In this document: in pieces, positions 12,627-24,685 of the stretch | Numbering within the stretch: the stretch's first letter is position 1 | Layout: every line of letters starts with the position of its first letter | Source: Octopus vulgaris | Taxonomy: Eukaryota | Direction of reading: 5' to 3' | Assembly (NCBI GenBank): GCA_951406725.2 | Contig: OX597822.1 | Span: 85,126,001-85,190,000 of the forward strand | DNA length: 64,000 nt | Notes under the pieces: generated by a model | What the model saw: the letters and a program-made list of their open reading frames with translations, nothing else | What the model was told of the DNA's origin: nothing | Database searches by the model: none | Position numbers and translations under genes: made by a program

Positions 12627-13104
12627 TTGTTGTTGTTGTGTTGTTGTTCTTGTTCTTCTTCTTCTTCTTCTTCTTCTTCTTCTTCTTCTTCTTCTTCTTC
12701 TTCTTCTTCTTCTTCTTGTGGTGGTGGTGGTGCTTGCATTCTTAAATAATAATGCATTGAAAATATTACTTTGAAACCTCATCCTCCTCTTCTTCGTCAT
12801 TGTCATATAAGATCCAACACGGTATTTTCCTCATCGTCACTCTACCTGCGAAAGAAAATAGTAGCTAAATCTCCCTCTTTTAGCCTATTAAAAACAAACT
12901 GTACATTGGACAATGTCTTCCTAACGACGCTGTGTCTGAGAAACTAGGAAGCATGGAGACTGGTGAGGTTTCCAGCGTAAGTCGAGTGGGCCATGGTTGA
13001 GTAGGAATTAAACAACTACAAAATCATCATCATCATCACCACCATCGTCACCATTACCATCCTCCTCCTTCTCCCTCCCCGTCAGTATCATCGTCATCTT
13101 AATA

Positions 13105-13380
13105 CTGATTTCAAAATTTAGCACAAGGCCAGCAGTTTCGAGGAAGGGACTAAATCGAACACATCGACCCCTAGAGCTCAACTGGTACTTATTTTATCGA
13201 CCCCAAAAGGTAAAGTCGACCCTGGTGGCATTTGAACTCAGAACATGAAGACGGACAAAATGTCGGCAAGCATTTTGCCCAGTGTGATAACGATTCGTAT
13301 TTCTTTACTGCCCACAAGGGGCTACACACAGAGGGGACAAACAAGGACAGACAAACGGATTAAGTCGTTTATATCGACCA
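13105..13380 (-). mobile_element. SINE family A partial dimer
   Basis: Tail of one unit joined to a truncated head, with the same junction type as at 11640. Confidence 0.8.
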
Positions 13381-14119
13381 ATAAATTACTATTTACTTAT
13401 TAACTATGAATATATATTAAATTGGTATAGAAACTTATATAAATATGAAATTATTTCTATATTCTCCATCCCTATATTGTGTAAAATACTGAAATTATTC
13501 TGATTCTTTGAAAAATTCTCTAAAATGTACCTATTTCAAATTATCATTGGGATTATGGCTGTCAAATAGTTAAGTATTATAAGTTTTACTCTCCCTACCC
13601 CATCAGCTTTAGCCTGCTAATTTTGGCTGAAATATATTCGTACTGGACCCAAATGGTTTCTACTTCAAAGGGATCTTGATTTATGGCTGTGCCACTTAAA
13701 CTGTCTTTTTCTCTATCCATAAAAGATAGATTCTTGTTTTCCATTAGACTTGATAAACTAATCTATAAATTTAAAGTCCCTCCCCCAGTAGTAAATCTAA
13801 ATAACAAAGTAAAATCAATGATAAGCAGTATCTTCCTGTGAAAAAATATCAGTTACTACTTTGATATTGTTGATGAAAATTGTTCTTTTTCTACCTACTT
13901 ACCCTCTTTGTAATTTTGGTTAATGGAATAACTATAAAAATGAATCTTTTGAATTTAAATTCTATATTTTTATGCAACTGAAGATTGCTCTACATTTTAA
14001 AACTGATGTAATACTTGCATTGTTCAATTAAATGGAGACGCATGAAACGATCGTACTGCATTACATCTGGATATCCTAGTTGGTTATTTTGATTATATAT
14101 ATATATTTGTTAATATATA

Positions 14120-14354
14120 TATCTGTAAATATAATATGTGACAATTATTCGGTAGCCATGATAAAACTCCGAGTTCCGGTTGTCAGGGCGGAAACCCACA
14201 CCGCCATCTTTTCAGTAATCGGGTCATCGAAAAAAATGCATGTTTTTCAATGGCCCGATAACTGAAGAGATGCCGGCGTGGATTTCCACCCCGACATCCG
14301 AAACTCGGAGTTTTATCGTGGCTACCGAATAATTGTCACATATATTTACAGATA
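14120..14354. repeat. ~235-bp imperfect palindrome (inverted pLTR-like element between (TA)n tracts)
   Basis: Arms 14120-14238 and 14239-14354 centred on ATGCAT; outer segments near-identical. Confidence 0.9.
14256..14318 (+). ncRNA. Type I hammerhead ribozyme motif (Penelope-type)
   Basis: CGAUAA-CUGAAGA-GAUG...CAUCC-GAAA-CUC-G-GAG-UU|UUAUCG; stem I 6 bp, near-palindromic stem III. Confidence 0.7.
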
Positions 14355-14416
14355 AATTCCTCTATTTACATAATATCGAGGTCTCTTTCATTCTTTTGTT
14401 GTCTTGCCATTTCTAT

Positions 14417-14468
<52 letters not shown>

Positions 14469-14473
14469 ATAGA

Positions 14474-14743
14474 AAGGTCCAGCTTTGAAAACACCGACAT
14501 CCACTCCATGCAGGTCTCTCAGATCCTTCGGGAGGATATTGAAGAGCTGTGAAACTCTGAAGCCCAGGCTATTGCAGTATATTGTCCTATATCTTAATGG
14601 CAAATTTGGAATCCTTGGCACTATGCTGTGGCGGCCAGTTCTAGTATTTGTGTAACTCTCGATGCCAAAGATTGGGACGAGTCCTTCCAGGATCTTCCAG
14701 ATGTATATTATGGCATATCTTTCTCGCCTACGCTCTAAAGAAT
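14474..14743 (-). mobile_element. CR1-like LINE ORF2 3' fragment
   Basis: [51 protein letters not shown], typical post-RT region. Confidence 0.8.
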
Positions 14744-14760
14744 ATATGCATATATATACA

Positions 14761-14816
<56 letters not shown>

Positions 14817-14822
14817 TATATA

Positions 14823-14872
<50 letters not shown>

Positions 14873-14924
14873 CATATATATATATGCTTCTTTGTATATT
14901 CATATATATATATATATGAATACT

Positions 14925-15125
14925 GTATTGTAGGTGTTGGATTTGTTCTTAGTGAAGAGTGGTTCTTCGATGGAGTGATATTCCTGTTTGGCCAATGTAT
15001 TGATTACCGCACCTTATGCAGGTAATAGCATAGATTAGGTTTTCCGATGCACAGATAGAATTTGATTTAATCTTAAATATTTCACCTTGCTTAAATTGGA
15101 GCTCTGTACCCTCCAAAAGGGTATA
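14925..15125 (-). mobile_element. Penelope-like GIY-YIG endonuclease fragment
   Basis: [32 protein letters not shown]: LIY-CxxC-YIG-T..R..H signature of PLE GIY-YIG domains. Confidence 0.85.
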
Positions 15126-15365
15126 TGCATATATATATATATAATAGTGTAATAAATAAAATATATGCATACATACATACATATTTGTACGTACCTACAT
15201 CTACATGTATATATACATGCATATATAAATATATATACGTGAGTACAGGACACCACAAATAGACGTAGAACTCAACGAGAAACGAAAACGTAAAAACAAA
15301 CATGGAAACGGACCTTTTTTAACAACGAAAAAACAGAGTACAAGACAAACTACACAAGGAAAATA

Positions 15366-15440
15366 CCCCTTCATCAGCTGTCCCTAGTTCAACTCCAGTG
15401 TGTTTCGAAGGTGAGGACAGAGCACGACTCGTCGAACTAG
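15366..15440 (-). ncRNA. Rearranged hammerhead-like motif, unit 1
   Basis: CUAGUUCGAC-GAGU-CGUG-CU|CUGUCC-UCACCUUC-GAAA-CACA-CUGGA-GUUGAACUAG-GGACAG-CUGAUGA-AGGGG; position 16.1 is C instead of U. Confidence 0.55.
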
Positions 15441-16003
15441 CCCTTCCTGCGAAAGAATTAAATAAAATTACTTTGCAGAGGGATAAAAACAAGGAAAGAA
15501 AAAAATGTGACGAAAACAGGACGTAAAAACGATACAAATAAAATTACAAAATAAAATACAAAATAAAAATACAATTACAAAAAGATACAGTACAAGAAAT
15601 AAAAACAAATAAGAAAACAAACAATGAGGGCCTTTTTTTGGCTTAGACGAGGAAAGATTCTTAAGAGCGCAGGAAGAACGTGTGTTCACTGTTAGGAGGC
15701 CGCAGGCGAAAGGAAGTAGTCGCCCGGCTGTGAGAGATGTGGAGGAGTGAGAGAGAGAGATAGAGGAAGACAAGCGGCTGTGAGAGAGATGAGGAGGAAG
15801 GAGAGATAGGGAAGGAAGGGAAATCAAGCAAAGGGTTATAGAGTTTCGCGTCATAATTATATATAAAAACTTACTTGGAGGAAACGAAACGAAACGAATC
15901 GAATCTACGCGAGGGCGCTCAGTCATACAATAGTGTAATAAATAAAATATATGCATACATACATACATATATGTACGTACCTACATTTACATGTATATAT
16001 ACA

Positions 16004-16054
<51 letters not shown>

Positions 16055-16181
16055 GTGAGTACAGGATACCACAAATAGACGTAGAACTCAACGAGAAACG
16101 AAAACGTAAAAACAAACATGGAAACGGACCTTTTTTAACAACGAAAAAACAGAGTACAAGACAAACTACACAAGGAAAATT

Positions 16182-16256
16182 CCCCTTCATCAGCTGTCCC
16201 TAGTTCAACTCCAGCGTGTTTCGAAGGTGAGGACAGAGCACGACTCGTCGAACTAG
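16182..16256 (-). ncRNA. Rearranged hammerhead-like motif, unit 2
   Basis: As unit 1 but stem III CGUG/CACG fully paired; stem I CUGUCC/GGACAG; position 16.1 is C. Confidence 0.6.
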
Positions 16257-16962
16257 CCCTTTCTGCGAAAGAATTAAATAAAATTACTTCGCAGAGGGGT
16301 AAAAACAAGGAAAGAAAAAAATGTGACAAAAACAGGACGTAAAAACGATACAAATAAAATTACAAAATAAAATGTAAAATAAAATACAAAATAAAAATAC
16401 AATTACAAAAAAATACAGTACAAGAAATAAAAACAAACAAGAAAACAAACAATGTGGGCCTTTTTTTGGCCTGGACGAGGAAAGATTCTTAAGAGCACAG
16501 GAAGAACGTGTGTTCACTGTTAGGAGGCCGCAGGCGAAAGGAAGTAGTCGCCCGGCTGTGAGAGAGATGAGGAGGAGTGAGAGAGATAGAGGAAGACAAG
16601 CGGCTGTGAGAGAGATGAGGAGGAGTGAGAGAGAGAGATAGGGAAGGAAGGAAAGGTCAAGCAAACGGTTATAGAGTTTCGCGTCATAATTATATATAAA
16701 AACTTACTTGGGGGAAACGAATCGAATCGACGCGAGGGCGCTCAGTCATACAATAGTGTAATAAATAAAATATATGCATACATACATACATGTATATATA
16801 CATGCATATATAAATTTATTTATATATGCATGTATATATACATGTAGATGTAGGTACGTACATATATGTATGTATGTATGCATATATTTTATTTATTACA
16901 CTATTGTATGACTGAGCGCCCTCGCGTCGATTCGATTCGTTTCGTTTCATCTCCTCCAAGTA

Positions 16963-17020
<58 letters not shown>

Positions 17021-18686
17021 CATTCACACATGTATGTATGTATTTATGTATGTATGTACAAGCATATGGACGCGCGCACGTTATGTTAAAAAGCAGCAAA
17101 ACCATCATCTGGGTGAGCTTGCACGGACACTTTTAACTCGCACGCGCTATTCACCTCGCCCCTGCATCGGGTGAGAGAGGCCCTCGTGGAGGCATACAGT
17201 GTCCCTGAGTTGATTTGCATACGATGTGTTCGGACGGCCTGGTCGAGTACAGCCATGTTTTGGCATCCGCAGCAGTAAGTCACCAGCTAGGCCATAATAG
17301 AAAAAAAAACTTACCCAAAGCGCAACGCAGTGGGACTGAACCCGGAACCATATGGTTGGGAAGCAAACGTCTTACCGCACAGCCACATAGGAATATTTAC
17401 GCTGTTTTAATGCATATATATTTCATGGTACAAATATTTTAATATGCCATTGTGACCCATGTGTAGATGACCGTGTGTGTGTGTGTGCAAGAGCGTATAA
17501 CCGAGAGCAGAATAAAACAGGATTGTTTAACCTTAAATGTTTTTATTACACCATGAATTTCGTAATAAAATCACTAAATCCCTCCAACTGCTACGTTTTA
17601 TTCTGCTCGCAGTTTTACACTCTGTAGATTTTATTCAAGTGTATAAAGAATATTAAATGAAAATGAAAACGTGTAGCCAGTTCAAAAAGGATTAAGGCAT
17701 ATTCCGTAAGAAAGCCATTCGCTGTATTTTGCCAGAGAGAAAATCGCTCACTGTAGACAAATAGGTGTAAATAAGAGAGTTAGCTTACAGCATTCCCTAA
17801 CGAGGTTGTACATTTATGGGTTCGAATATGTCTCAAACATATTTGAATTCTTAACAAGTTTGTGTTTAGATACCTCACTGCTTAGCACGGTCAGCCCGTA
17901 ATTGTAAATCAATATCGGAGCAGATATGACGTTTAATACTCGATTGAAATTTGGATATCCTAGGATTTACAAGGAGTTTTAAACATTGGTTAACTGATAT
18001 GCAATCTCACTTGAAATGACCCTATTTAATTAAATACATACGTGTGTGTGTGTGTGTGTTCGTGCGTGCGTGCGCGGGTATGTGCCTATGTGTGAGCGCG
18101 CGTGTATGTAAATACGTATTTTTTAATTGTATCACGTGTTTTGTTCATTTTAAGATAACGTTGGTATATTCAATGTTTCTAAATCCACGCGCGCACACAC
18201 ACACTCGTACAAACACACAAACACAGATATATCTACAAATTCCTACAGCTACACAAGAGATCGCAAGAGGAGAGTATGAAAAAGAAATATTAGAGAGAAA
18301 GAGGAAGGAATAGAATGAGAAAAGGAGAGAGAGAGAGGGTGGTGGTGGTGGTGGTGGTGAACGTGAGTTTATGGGAAGAAAGAAGTTCAGATGTGATAAT
18401 AAGATAAAAGCTGACATACATTTTTCAAGCAGCCCGCCATGATGGCAAACAACAACGGACTTTTGAAAACATTTCGAAATCAATGCTTTTTTTTTTTTTT
18501 TTTTTTGTTATCTTCAGATTTTTACTGATCTTATATAAAAGCTTCAGATTTCAATGTCATCCTTTTGGCTTCCAATTTCAATGTCAATGACGGCTGCTCT
18601 TTCAATACCACCATCACCACCACCACCACCGTCTCTCGCTCATCTACCTTTCAATCCCAGGATCTCCCCGCCTACACACAAATACT

Positions 18687-18730
<44 letters not shown>

Positions 18731-18893
18731 TCACTCCCTCTCTCTCCCTCTCTCTCTATCTCTTTCTCTCTTACGTTATCTCTTACATAGTCTGTCTTTA
18801 TAGATTCTCTTGTTACATCAGTCACCGCGCTATCCTTTCCATCATCTCATATTCTTATACACCTATCTTCTTTCTTTCTTTCTTTCCCTAATG

Positions 18894-18938
<45 letters not shown>

Positions 18939-19157
18939 ACATACATTTGCTTGTGTAAACTTAGTATAGTATCGTGTTCTCTTATTCTTAGTACTGTGCA
19001 TAGAGAGTGCACATGTCTATTCATATATATATATCGTGATGTATATTTACCACTTAAATGTGGCTAACCCTTAAGGGTTGATGCTACTGTAGCATGTAGC
19101 CCCGTGGCAAATATACTTCACAATGTCGTGCAGCTACTGTTTACATCTCGCTCAGAG

Positions 19158-19216
<59 letters not shown>

Positions 19217-19569
19217 TTTCTTATGTGTACAATGAGATGTACGGCTTTAGCTGGTGAGTTAAGAGATCCACGCAGAGCATTTGGTCAAAGTAAATATAAT
19301 GCTATAAAGTGTTCCCCTGAAGAAATTTTGTGGTTTAGCATCGAATTGCACTTAAAGCACCCACTGCAGAGGATTCGAATAGTCACAAAGACGAAACGTA
19401 CGTAGGGAACAAATGATAAAAACCGCATCTTGTATCTATCATAGGAAGAGAAAGAGTGAGAGGAGGCTATCCCAGAAAAAGATAGTGAAAATATTAAATA
19501 GAAATTTATTAGTTAATATTAATGAATTTGTATTTAATATTTCAGAGTTGAGTCTTTCCACTGTTCATT

Positions 19570-19708
19570 CACCGTTCTCATTCCCTTATTGGAATGTACT
19601 TTCTGAGTTCGTCGGCAATTATCACAGCGAAATTTCTTCAATCTTTTCTATCGTCTTAAATCAGCGACCTTCCAGAATGGATTTCAACTTTGGAAAGAAA
19701 AAAAAAAC

Positions 19709-19769
<61 letters not shown>

Positions 19770-20540
19770 GACCAGCTTGCAGAGGTGAGTGGAGCAGCTA
19801 GGAGAGAAGAGTAATCTCATACTTAGGCATGAGAAGAGTAATCTCATGTAAGGCGTGACGTATGAACAGATGTGTTGTGGTTTTGCTTGTTCATATCTCA
19901 GGCCTTTTTTTTTCACGTTGTCTTTCAAACACCCCAACATATCGAAATGAAATTTTTTATTGATCGTCTGGCGTTCAACGTCATCACATTTGAACAACTC
20001 TGACGTGTTTTTTCTTTTTTTTCTGTCACGACTACGTTTTTTTTTTTTTTTGACATCGACATCGAAATCGAAACTCTGCACCCGCGTTTTATCACTCTTC
20101 GATGTGTTTCAGAAAACGTCATCAGATTTTAAACCCTCCACAGCTTTTCTCTGATTGTGACTCGATTCCTTTAACGGGCGGTTAGGAGACTACTTTCAAG
20201 GATCAAACATTGCACTTTCACCATGTGATCATCGTCTGATAACCACCGAATCTCCGTCAACGATATATAGAATCTCAGTGTGCGCTGCCGGACATCTATC
20301 ACTGAGGAACCCGTAGCAGGGTAAAATAATGGGATCTGGTAGTTTCTGCGACTGTAGCAGATAGTTCTCGTCTGTCAACGATATAATTTCGAATGGTTTT
20401 ATGTACCATGAATCCTTGTGTGAGATCCGCTCAAGATAAATAACGCAGTATTCTGTTCTAACACAACCCCCATGCTAAGTTGGAAATCAAAATATATGCC
20501 CTAATTTTATCTACCGATTACTACAGTACATTGAAAAGAT
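19570..20540 (-). mobile_element. Heavily decayed mariner transposase
   Basis: QTINKKFHFDMLGCLKDNVKKK(RPE) and FFLFPKLKSILEGR*FKTIEKIEE match the mariner motifs GQTVN..Y..L..L..AV..KRP and DFFLFPKLK..LKGRRF. Confidence 0.7.
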
Positions 20541-20749
20541 GGAAATAACATGTGAGGTACTGTGACCTGTTGACAGAAACAGCTGTAAGAAGCTACTCTT
20601 CTTTCTCTTTTCTAGAAATTACTCGTACTTTATATGTAAAACACAATCTCTACACATGTATATATATTCTCAAAATTGTTCAAAATTGTGTGTACTGTTG
20701 GCAATTTTTTCCCTCCGTCTTCCCTTCTTTGGATCTTTCCTTTTCCTAT

Positions 20750-20784
20750 GTTTCTGACGAAGAGCTCCGCTCGAAACGTTAAAC
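20750..20784 (+). ncRNA. Minimal type I hammerhead motif in a pLTR-like element (about 20690-20885) ending in (TA)n
   Basis: GUUU-CUGACGA-A-GAGC-UCC-GCUC-GAAA-CG-UU|AAAC; palindromic ACGU stem III. Confidence 0.7.
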
Positions 20785-20899
20785 CCTCCTTCTTTCCTGA
20801 GCGTCCAATAATACTATACTTGTTCCACGTCCTCGCGTTGTTGTGTTTTTACTTTGTGTTTTCATGTTTGGATTAACTATATATATATGTGTGTGTGTT

Positions 20900-20931
<32 letters not shown>

Positions 20932-22124
20932 TGTGTGTGTGTTTGTGTGTGTGTGTGTGTTTGTGTATGTATGTATGTATGTATGTATGTATGTATGTAT
21001 GCATGTATGTATGTATGTATGCACAACCCACAAATTGTCACCAACTGACCGGTTCTATAGCCTATCAATAAAAGCTGCCAAAATGGCTACAATTGAGCCA
21101 TTGAGAGAGCCTCTGCGTGTTCACTCGACGTGCTCTAAGTGATAACCAAATGCCTCTGAACCATATTCTACTCACTTAAGAAAATGAAAGACACATTGAG
21201 TGATGTAGGAGTGAATATACCTGATTATACCAAAATAAATCAGTGGATTTTCGCAGCCGTAGACCCTTTCTCCCTTGATTTTTTTCGACAGGCGCTCACC
21301 TTCGGTTGGCGTAGAAATGTGACTGGTTATTCCTTCCCTTAATATATTTGAAGTTAATTGGATTTGGATTTGAAATTGTCGTTTTTGTTTGGTTTAATGT
21401 CGTTGTTCTCCATTTTTCAGGAATGTTAATAGGTTTTAATCGTTTCTGTTTCTTTCTGATTTCAGTCATCGAACTGCGGCCCTCCTAGACACCATCTTCG
21501 ACTTTATTTTAGCAATTATATCAACAACACTTCTGTTCCATTTTTCTTTTTTTTTTTTTTTTTCTTGATCGACTACGGAAAAAGGTAAGGCAAAGTCTAC
21601 CTTGGCATAATGGGGTATTGCCAAATACCATAAGGTAATTTTCTTTGATGCAATAACAAACATCCTTCTATCCCATCCGCATTTATGCATGTATGTTTGG
21701 CTTCCACATAGTTTCCGTTCAGCAAATTCCGTTTATAAAGTTCTTGTTGAATTCAGACTATGGTAGAATCCCAATTCCCCAATTCCGCTACGCAATATGA
21801 TCGAAGCAGGAATGAAATGAAACCAAAACCAGCTTCTGGCACACATAGCCATACTTTAATTCTTGTTGAGGATTTAAGAACTTTTTTTATTTTATCAGAA
21901 TAGAGGAAGAGACTCTGGGACTCTGAGAAAAATGTTTTCAGGTATTGATTGAATCAGTTTCATAGAAGGTGTCGTTCTCATTCTCAGATGGAAAGAGTAC
22001 TCAACATGCTAAAGCCAATGCCATGTTTGTGATGCCTACAAAGTACCCCTCAAGAATAACGTATAATAACCCCCAGCATCCCCATTAAGAAAGTCCTTAC
22101 CAAGTAGCCTGGCCTTAATGAATA

Positions 22125-22319
22125 CAATAATCCCCCGCCATATCGCGGTTTATTATTTAAGCTTACGTCGATTCCTCCGTGGTGTTGTTTTGCATTTATA
22201 ATAAAATAAATATATACAAATTATAAAAATAATACGAAAAAATATATACAATACAGTACTGTTTCACCTATCGCGGGGTTTTTTCGAACGTAACATCCGC
22301 GATAGTCGAGTGATTACTG
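22125..22319. mobile_element. Tigger/pogo-like MITE
   Basis: Imperfect TIRs CAATAATCCCCCGCCATATCGCGG / CCGCGATAGTCGAGTGATTACTG with TA on both sides. Confidence 0.65.
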
Positions 22320-23689
22320 TACTGCAATATCTTCAGCCGTTATGGGTAAACTACGACTCACAAGATTTTCTGAATGGTACGTCAACGAAAGATGACCTTG
22401 TATATTTTAGGAGTTCCGCCGGTGATGAGCCATGTCTCATGTGGACCCTCTTCTTGAAAAAGGTTTCCTATGCCTCAGCTACAATATCACACCTTAGCTC
22501 ATTGGCTAGATGTGTTGTTCAGCGTTGGAGTCAAGTTTGTCTTGTTACTAGTATTTAGCATTTAGCACTGTCCGTATATTAAACGTAACATGTCTGTTAT
22601 ATTATACATTATGTGTTCAATTCCCGGTCCGGGCGTTTCGTTGTGTTCTTGAACAAGTCTCTTCATTTCACGTTATTCCAGTCCATTCAGTTATTAATGG
22701 GTATCTCTGCGACGGAATACCCTTCCGATCAGGGGGATTGTTGGCCTACTTGCCCAGCCAGCGAGATGGCATCATTCGAAAGCTAAAATGATACAAAACG
22801 CATTGTGACCAGCGATGTATAACAACATCCGATAGTCTGATCGACACCGTCAAATATATTCTTTGCTTTTACGATTGCTATGTGGATTGTCCTGACATGT
22901 TTGGTTTCCTGTTCAAGAATGAAAATAAGTCGACGATTTTTAGCCAAATTTCTTTGGATTCTTTCTCGGTTAAGTCACGGTCTCAAGATGATTCTGCTTA
23001 ATAAAGATAGTTTCTACCTTTTTAAGCTATTTATACAAATGGTAACCTTAGACAATAAAGTCTTTCTACACATTAGATTTGAGAATTATACTTAACGAGC
23101 AAAACGCCCCCCCGTCCAGTTGTCAAACATTTAAACCAAATTTTCTCAAAACAACTTGTCCGACCGTCCCATAGGCCTCCCCTTTGAGAAATACTGATTT
23201 AACCTAAATTTGAGACACCAGCAAAAGAAGAAATAAAGATAGCCTTTTTTTCTCTTCCAAAGAAAAACGATTTTCCACGGCTTTATCGATCGCATTCTCA
23301 CCTGGAATCGCTTTTTGTAATTTTTTCAAGACTTATACACGCCCTGATACAGTCGGTGTCTACATATCAAATTTAAGCGCAATCGGATGGAGGATGCCCG
23401 AGATCCTAGAAGCCACACACGCACCCCCCCCCACACACAGACAGAACGGATTTTATATAAGAGATATGGACATAAATTTTTCCAATAAAATCTTCTAAGA
23501 ACACTAATTTCCGAGGAAACTTTTGATTTCAGCAAAAAAGGGATTACACCTGAAAAGTCCGACTTTTCTTGCTCACATCTTATAATTCCTCCTCCTGATT
23601 GGTCTGTTTCTAAAAGCGTCTACAGGATGTCTTAAATGTTTGTATAATGTCTTAAGGAGCTAAATTAGGCGTCATTTATCTTTTATTCT

Positions 23690-24072
23690 TTTATTTATTT
23701 CAGTCATTACACTGCGGCCATGCTGGGGCACCGCCTTGTAGAATTTTATCCGAACGGATCGACCCCATGACTTAGTTTTTTAAAACTTAGTACTTATTCT
23801 ATCAGTCTTTTCTGCCGAAGAGCTAAGTACGGAGACGTAAACGCACCAACACCGGTTGTCAAGTGGTGGTGGGGCCCATGCACAAACACACACACACACA
23901 CATATATATTTATAGGACGAGCTTCTTTCAGTTTCCGTCTACCAACTCCTCTCACATCGCTTTGGTCGGCCCAAGGCCATAGTAGAAGACACTGGCCCAA
24001 GGTGCTACGCAATGTGACTGAACCCGGAACCATGTGCTTGGGAAACAAACTTCTTACCACATAGCCACGCAT
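23690..24072 (-). mobile_element. SINE family B, full length
   Basis: Reverse complement of the complete head, internal (TG)n and tail. Confidence 0.9.
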
Positions 24073-24195
24073 ATTTTTTTATGATTATCACAAATTATTT
24101 CAGAAATAAACTAGAAATGTTTCTACGATTCAACCAGAGAATTTATTTGTGATATATTTGGGTTCTAAATCTATTCCCTATAAAGTCTCATAACT

Positions 24196-24230
<35 letters not shown>

Positions 24231-24234
24231 TATG

Positions 24235-24297
<63 letters not shown>

Positions 24298-24410
24298 CAT
24301 CTCTATAACTTACTATACAACCACCACCGCCCATTATAGTATCTTGGAATATTAGGTCAACAATTCAAGAAATAACTTTTTACAAAATGTGAAGAAAACT
24401 TTCGCCAAAA

Positions 24411-24685
24411 CAGGAGTGGCTGTGTGGTAAGAACCTTGCTTCTCAACCGCTTGATTCAGGGTTCGCTCCCTCTGCGTGGCACCTTGGGTAAGTGTCTTCT
24501 ACTATAGCCTCGCACCGACCAGAGCCTTCAGAGTGGATTTGGTGAACAGAAAGTGAAAGAAGCCTGTAGTATATATTTGTGTGTGTATGAGATTTTGTGT
24601 CTGTGTATATCCCCCTACACCGCTTGACAACCGGTGTTGGTGTGTGTATGTCCCCGTAAATTAGCGCTTAGGCAAAAGAGACCGG
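24411..24685 (+). mobile_element. SINE family B, 3'-truncated
   Basis: CAGGAGTGGCTGTGTGGTAAG head through GGCAAAAGAGACCG. Confidence 0.85.

Larger units (their letters stand above)
15143..16967 (-). mobile_element. Tandem ~800-bp non-coding units plus terminal inversion (Penelope-like/retrozyme-like array)
   Basis: Units start at 15143, 15929 and 16752 (AATAGTGTAATAAATAAAATATATGC); 16820-16967 is the inverse of about 16700-16813. Confidence 0.85.

Noticed and set aside
15366-15440. HDV-like ribozyme reading of the pseudoknot
   Set aside because: Helix order does not fit the HDV nested double pseudoknot, whereas CUGAUGA and GAAA sit in hammerhead register.
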